Shown piece by piece: positions 28,345 to 30,235 of a DNA stretch of 30,235 nt. The translations under genes and the position numbers were made by a program. Position 1 is the first letter of the stretch. Each line of letters begins with the position of its first letter. The notes below the pieces were generated by a model that was not told where the DNA came from, searched no databases, and was given only the letters and a program-made list of their open reading frames with translations. Origin of the DNA: Nitrospirota bacterium (GTDB lineage: Bacteria; Nitrospirota; Thermodesulfovibrionia; Thermodesulfovibrionales; Dissulfurispiraceae); assembly GCA_040754455.1 (NCBI GenBank), contig JBFMCP010000037.1, positions 1 to 30,235 on the forward strand, written 5' to 3'.

Positions 28345-28390
28345 TAGCGTTCAGTGTACAAGCGCCTATCACGCCCAACGCTGAACGCTG
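28345..28390. repeat. Heptamer-periodic inverted repeat (AGCGTTC-type) 3' of the tRNA
   Basis: tagcgtt cagtgta caagcg ... cgccc aacgctg aacgctg. Confidence 0.7.
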
Positions 28391-28391
28391 A

Positions 28392-28467
28392 TGGTGGGCC
28401 CACCAGGACTCGAACCTGGGACCAACCGGTTATGAGCCGGTAGCTCTACCAACTGAGCTATGGGCCC
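28392..28467 (-). tRNA. tRNA with CAU anticodon, most likely tRNA-Ile2 (lysidine)
   Basis: GGGCCCATAGCTCAGTTGGTAGAGCTACCGGCTCATAACCGGTTGGTCCCAGGTTCGAGTCCTGGTGGGCCCACCA; paired G1-C72 and no GGG:CCC anticodon stem (not initiator); C4-G69 and C5-G68; ileX-like position after rpoD. Confidence 0.92.
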
Positions 28468-28534
28468 TCGCGGGCAACACAACAGCTTCTGATTCTAGGC
28501 ATTACCTGCTTTCAGATAACGCCTAGAATCTATT

Positions 28535-28564
28535 AGTATAAAAGCCTTATCGTCTGCCAGTCAA
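28535..28564 (-). promoter_or_regulatory. Sigma70 promoter for the tRNA-Ile2 / zinc-ribbon transcript
   Basis: Minus strand TTGACT-18 bp-TATACT just after the rpoD stop. Confidence 0.7.
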
Positions 28565-28569
28565 GAGGC

Positions 28570-30099
28570 TCAGGGGTTGATCAGGAAATGGCGCAGCCAT
28601 TTACTGCGCGAAGGGTGCTTCAGCTTCCGAATGGCCTTCACCTGAATCTGCCGTATACGCTCACGGGTCACATCAAAGGCCTGGCCTACCTCTTCCAGAG
28701 TATGCGGGTTCTCCTCGCCGATGCCGAACCGCTTCCGTATCACCATTTCCTCTTTGGGGGACAGGGTGCAGAGGATCTTATGGATATGGTCCTTGAGGTC
28801 TTCCTGGATCACTGCATCGAGAGGCGAGAGGTTCGACTTGTCCTCGATGAAATCCTTCAGCATGGTATCGTCTTCCTCTCCAATCGGTGTTTCGATGGAG
28901 ATCGGCTCTTTTGATATTTTCAAGATGTTCTTTACTTTGTCGACCGGGATTTTCGACCGCCTGGCAATCTCTTCGGGGCTGGGTTCGACGCCGTGCTCCT
29001 GCACGAGCTCCTTGGTCACGCGGTTTATTTTGTTGATGTTCTCGATCATATGGACAGGAATGCGGATAATCCGCGATTGGTCGGCAATGGCCCTGCTGAT
29101 CGCCTGCCGTATCCACCACGTGGCATAGGTGCTGAACTTGTAGCCCCGGCGGTATTCGAATTTATCGACAGCGCGCATCAAACCGATGTTGCCCTCCTGG
29201 ATGAGATCGCCAAGGCTCAGTCCCTTGCCCATATACCGTTTTGCAATGCTGATGACCAGTCTGAGGTTGGATTCTATGAGTTGGCCTTTTGCGCCGCTGA
29301 CTTCAATTTCCGCCTGTTCCAGCTCCTGTACAATCTTTTTTACCTCGGCCGTGCGCAGACCCAGATCCGATTCGAGTTTTTTGATCTCCTCGCGGTATTT
29401 CTTGCATTGGGCTGCCTTGTTTTTCAATTTCTTCGACGTGCAGAGCTCTTCCTGCAGCGACTCGAGCGTGCTGCTCAGCTTTTTCAACTCCTCGGAGAAG
29501 GCGTTGATAACGTCCTCCTTGAGGTTCAGTTCCTTGATCTTCTGGAGTATCTGGTTTTTGTTGTTCTCAAGGGCCTTGATGATGCGCACGTTTTTTGCTG
29601 CAGCGGGGATCTTGCTTCCGGTGGTGAGGCCGCCGTCTTTCAATAATTTTTTCCGCCTCGTGAAAAGCGCGTTGATCTCCTCGGTGATGGCAGTGAACCG
29701 CTTCTGTTCGGCAGACATATCCTCTTCGAATAGCTCTTCATCGTCCTGAATGAGTTCCGCCAAGGGGGCCTCACCTTTCCCGACGAGCCTTCCCAACGTG
29801 ACAAGCTTCGTAAGGACAAAAGGAATGGTAAAAAGTGCACTGCTTATCTGCAACTTGCACGCTTCGATCTGCTTTGCAATCTCGATCTCTCCCTCTTTGG
29901 TCAGAAGGGGAATCAGGCTGATTGCTTTTAAATACGCCTTTAACGGATCGTATTCCTGCTCGATGGACTCCTTTGATACCTCAGCCTCAAGCGGCTCTGA
30001 ACTCTCGAGGATGGCTATATCATCAATGCTGGTATTCGTAAAACCGGCATCCTGTTTTTCGTACCCTTCTCTGTACATCGTTGTGTATTGCTCTTTCAA
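28570..30099 (-). CDS. rpoD: RNA polymerase sigma-70 factor RpoD (apparently lacking region 1.1)
   Basis: TTG after AGGAGGT; region 1.2 [22 protein letters not shown], non-conserved region, [60 protein letters not shown]; between dnaG and tRNA-Ile2. Confidence 0.93.
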   Translation of the reverse strand: MKEQYTTMYREGYEKQDAGFTNTSIDDIAILESSEPLEAEVSKESIEQEYDPLKAYLKAISLIPLLTKEGEIEIAKQIEACKLQISSALFTIPFVLTKLVTLGRLVGKGEAPLAELIQDDEELFEEDMSAEQKRFTAITEEINALFTRRKKLLKDGGLTTGSKIPAAAKNVRIIKALENNKNQILQKIKELNLKEDVINAFSEELKKLSSTLESLQEELCTSKKLKNKAAQCKKYREEIKKLESDLGLRTAEVKKIVQELEQAEIEVSGAKGQLIESNLRLVISIAKRYMGKGLSLGDLIQEGNIGLMRAVDKFEYRRGYKFSTYATWWIRQAISRAIADQSRIIRIPVHMIENINKINRVTKELVQEHGVEPSPEEIARRSKIPVDKVKNILKISKEPISIETPIGEEDDTMLKDFIEDKSNLSPLDAVIQEDLKDHIHKILCTLSPKEEMVIRKRFGIGEENPHTLEEVGQAFDVTRERIRQIQVKAIRKLKHPSRSKWLRHFLINP

Positions 30100-30131
30100 G
30101 ATTACCTCCTTTCGTATCCTTCAAAAGGCCC

Positions 30132-30235
30132 CTACAAGAAAGGACCTTCGGACGTGGTGCGCGATATTCTCTTTTTCTCATCGAGCAGGGCGTGCAGACG
30201 CTGCACATCCCCCGCTTCACCTGCTGCTTTGATGT
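30132..30235 (-). CDS. dnaG: DNA primase, C-terminal end (5' partial)
   Basis: Minus strand reads IKAAGEAGDVQRLHALLDEKKRISRTTSEGPFL*, resembling the DnaG helicase-binding helical hairpin; directly upstream of rpoD. Confidence 0.7.
   Translation of the reverse strand, partial: IKAAGEAGDVQRLHALLDEKKRISRTTSEGPFL

Noticed and set aside
28317..28403. N-terminal extension of the zinc-ribbon protein
   Set aside because: Overlaps the tRNA and a repeat; the SD supports GTG 28316
28392..28467. tRNA(CAU) as initiator or elongator Met, or as an integration site
   Set aside because: Lacks initiator features; acceptor stem and position fit Ile2, although elongator Met is not fully excluded; no duplicated 3' end or integrase seen

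Overview
Bacterial chromosomal window. The protein styles and gene order suggest an anaerobic Nitrospirota (Thermodesulfovibrionia-like) or deltaproteobacterial-type organism; this is inference only. Positions 1-11889 hold the core tuf-rpmG-tRNA-Trp-secE-nusG-rplKAJL-rpoBC cluster. rpsL does not follow. Instead come a Mut7-C RNase, a TrkA/RCK K+ channel and a cytochrome-rich redox island: an 11-heme membrane-anchored cytochrome, a sigma54-driven pair of paralogous Gly-rich membrane proteins, and a heptaheme c / cytochrome b / nonaheme c7-type lipoprotein operon resembling Geobacter CbcA/B/C. Converging on this island is a rho-paaI-sensor kinase-sigma54 activator-membrane protein operon whose kinase carries a periplasmic CXXCH. 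Further right are a selenocysteine-containing SelD (in-frame UGA plus SECIS, missed by the ORF track), a GH57 branching enzyme, a LysR regulator, a C4 zinc-ribbon protein, tRNA-Ile2(CAU), an RpoD that seems to lack region 1.1, and the 3' end of dnaG. About ten intergenic spacers contain 7-bp-periodic repeats, mostly as inverted pairs, and some overlap start or stop codons.
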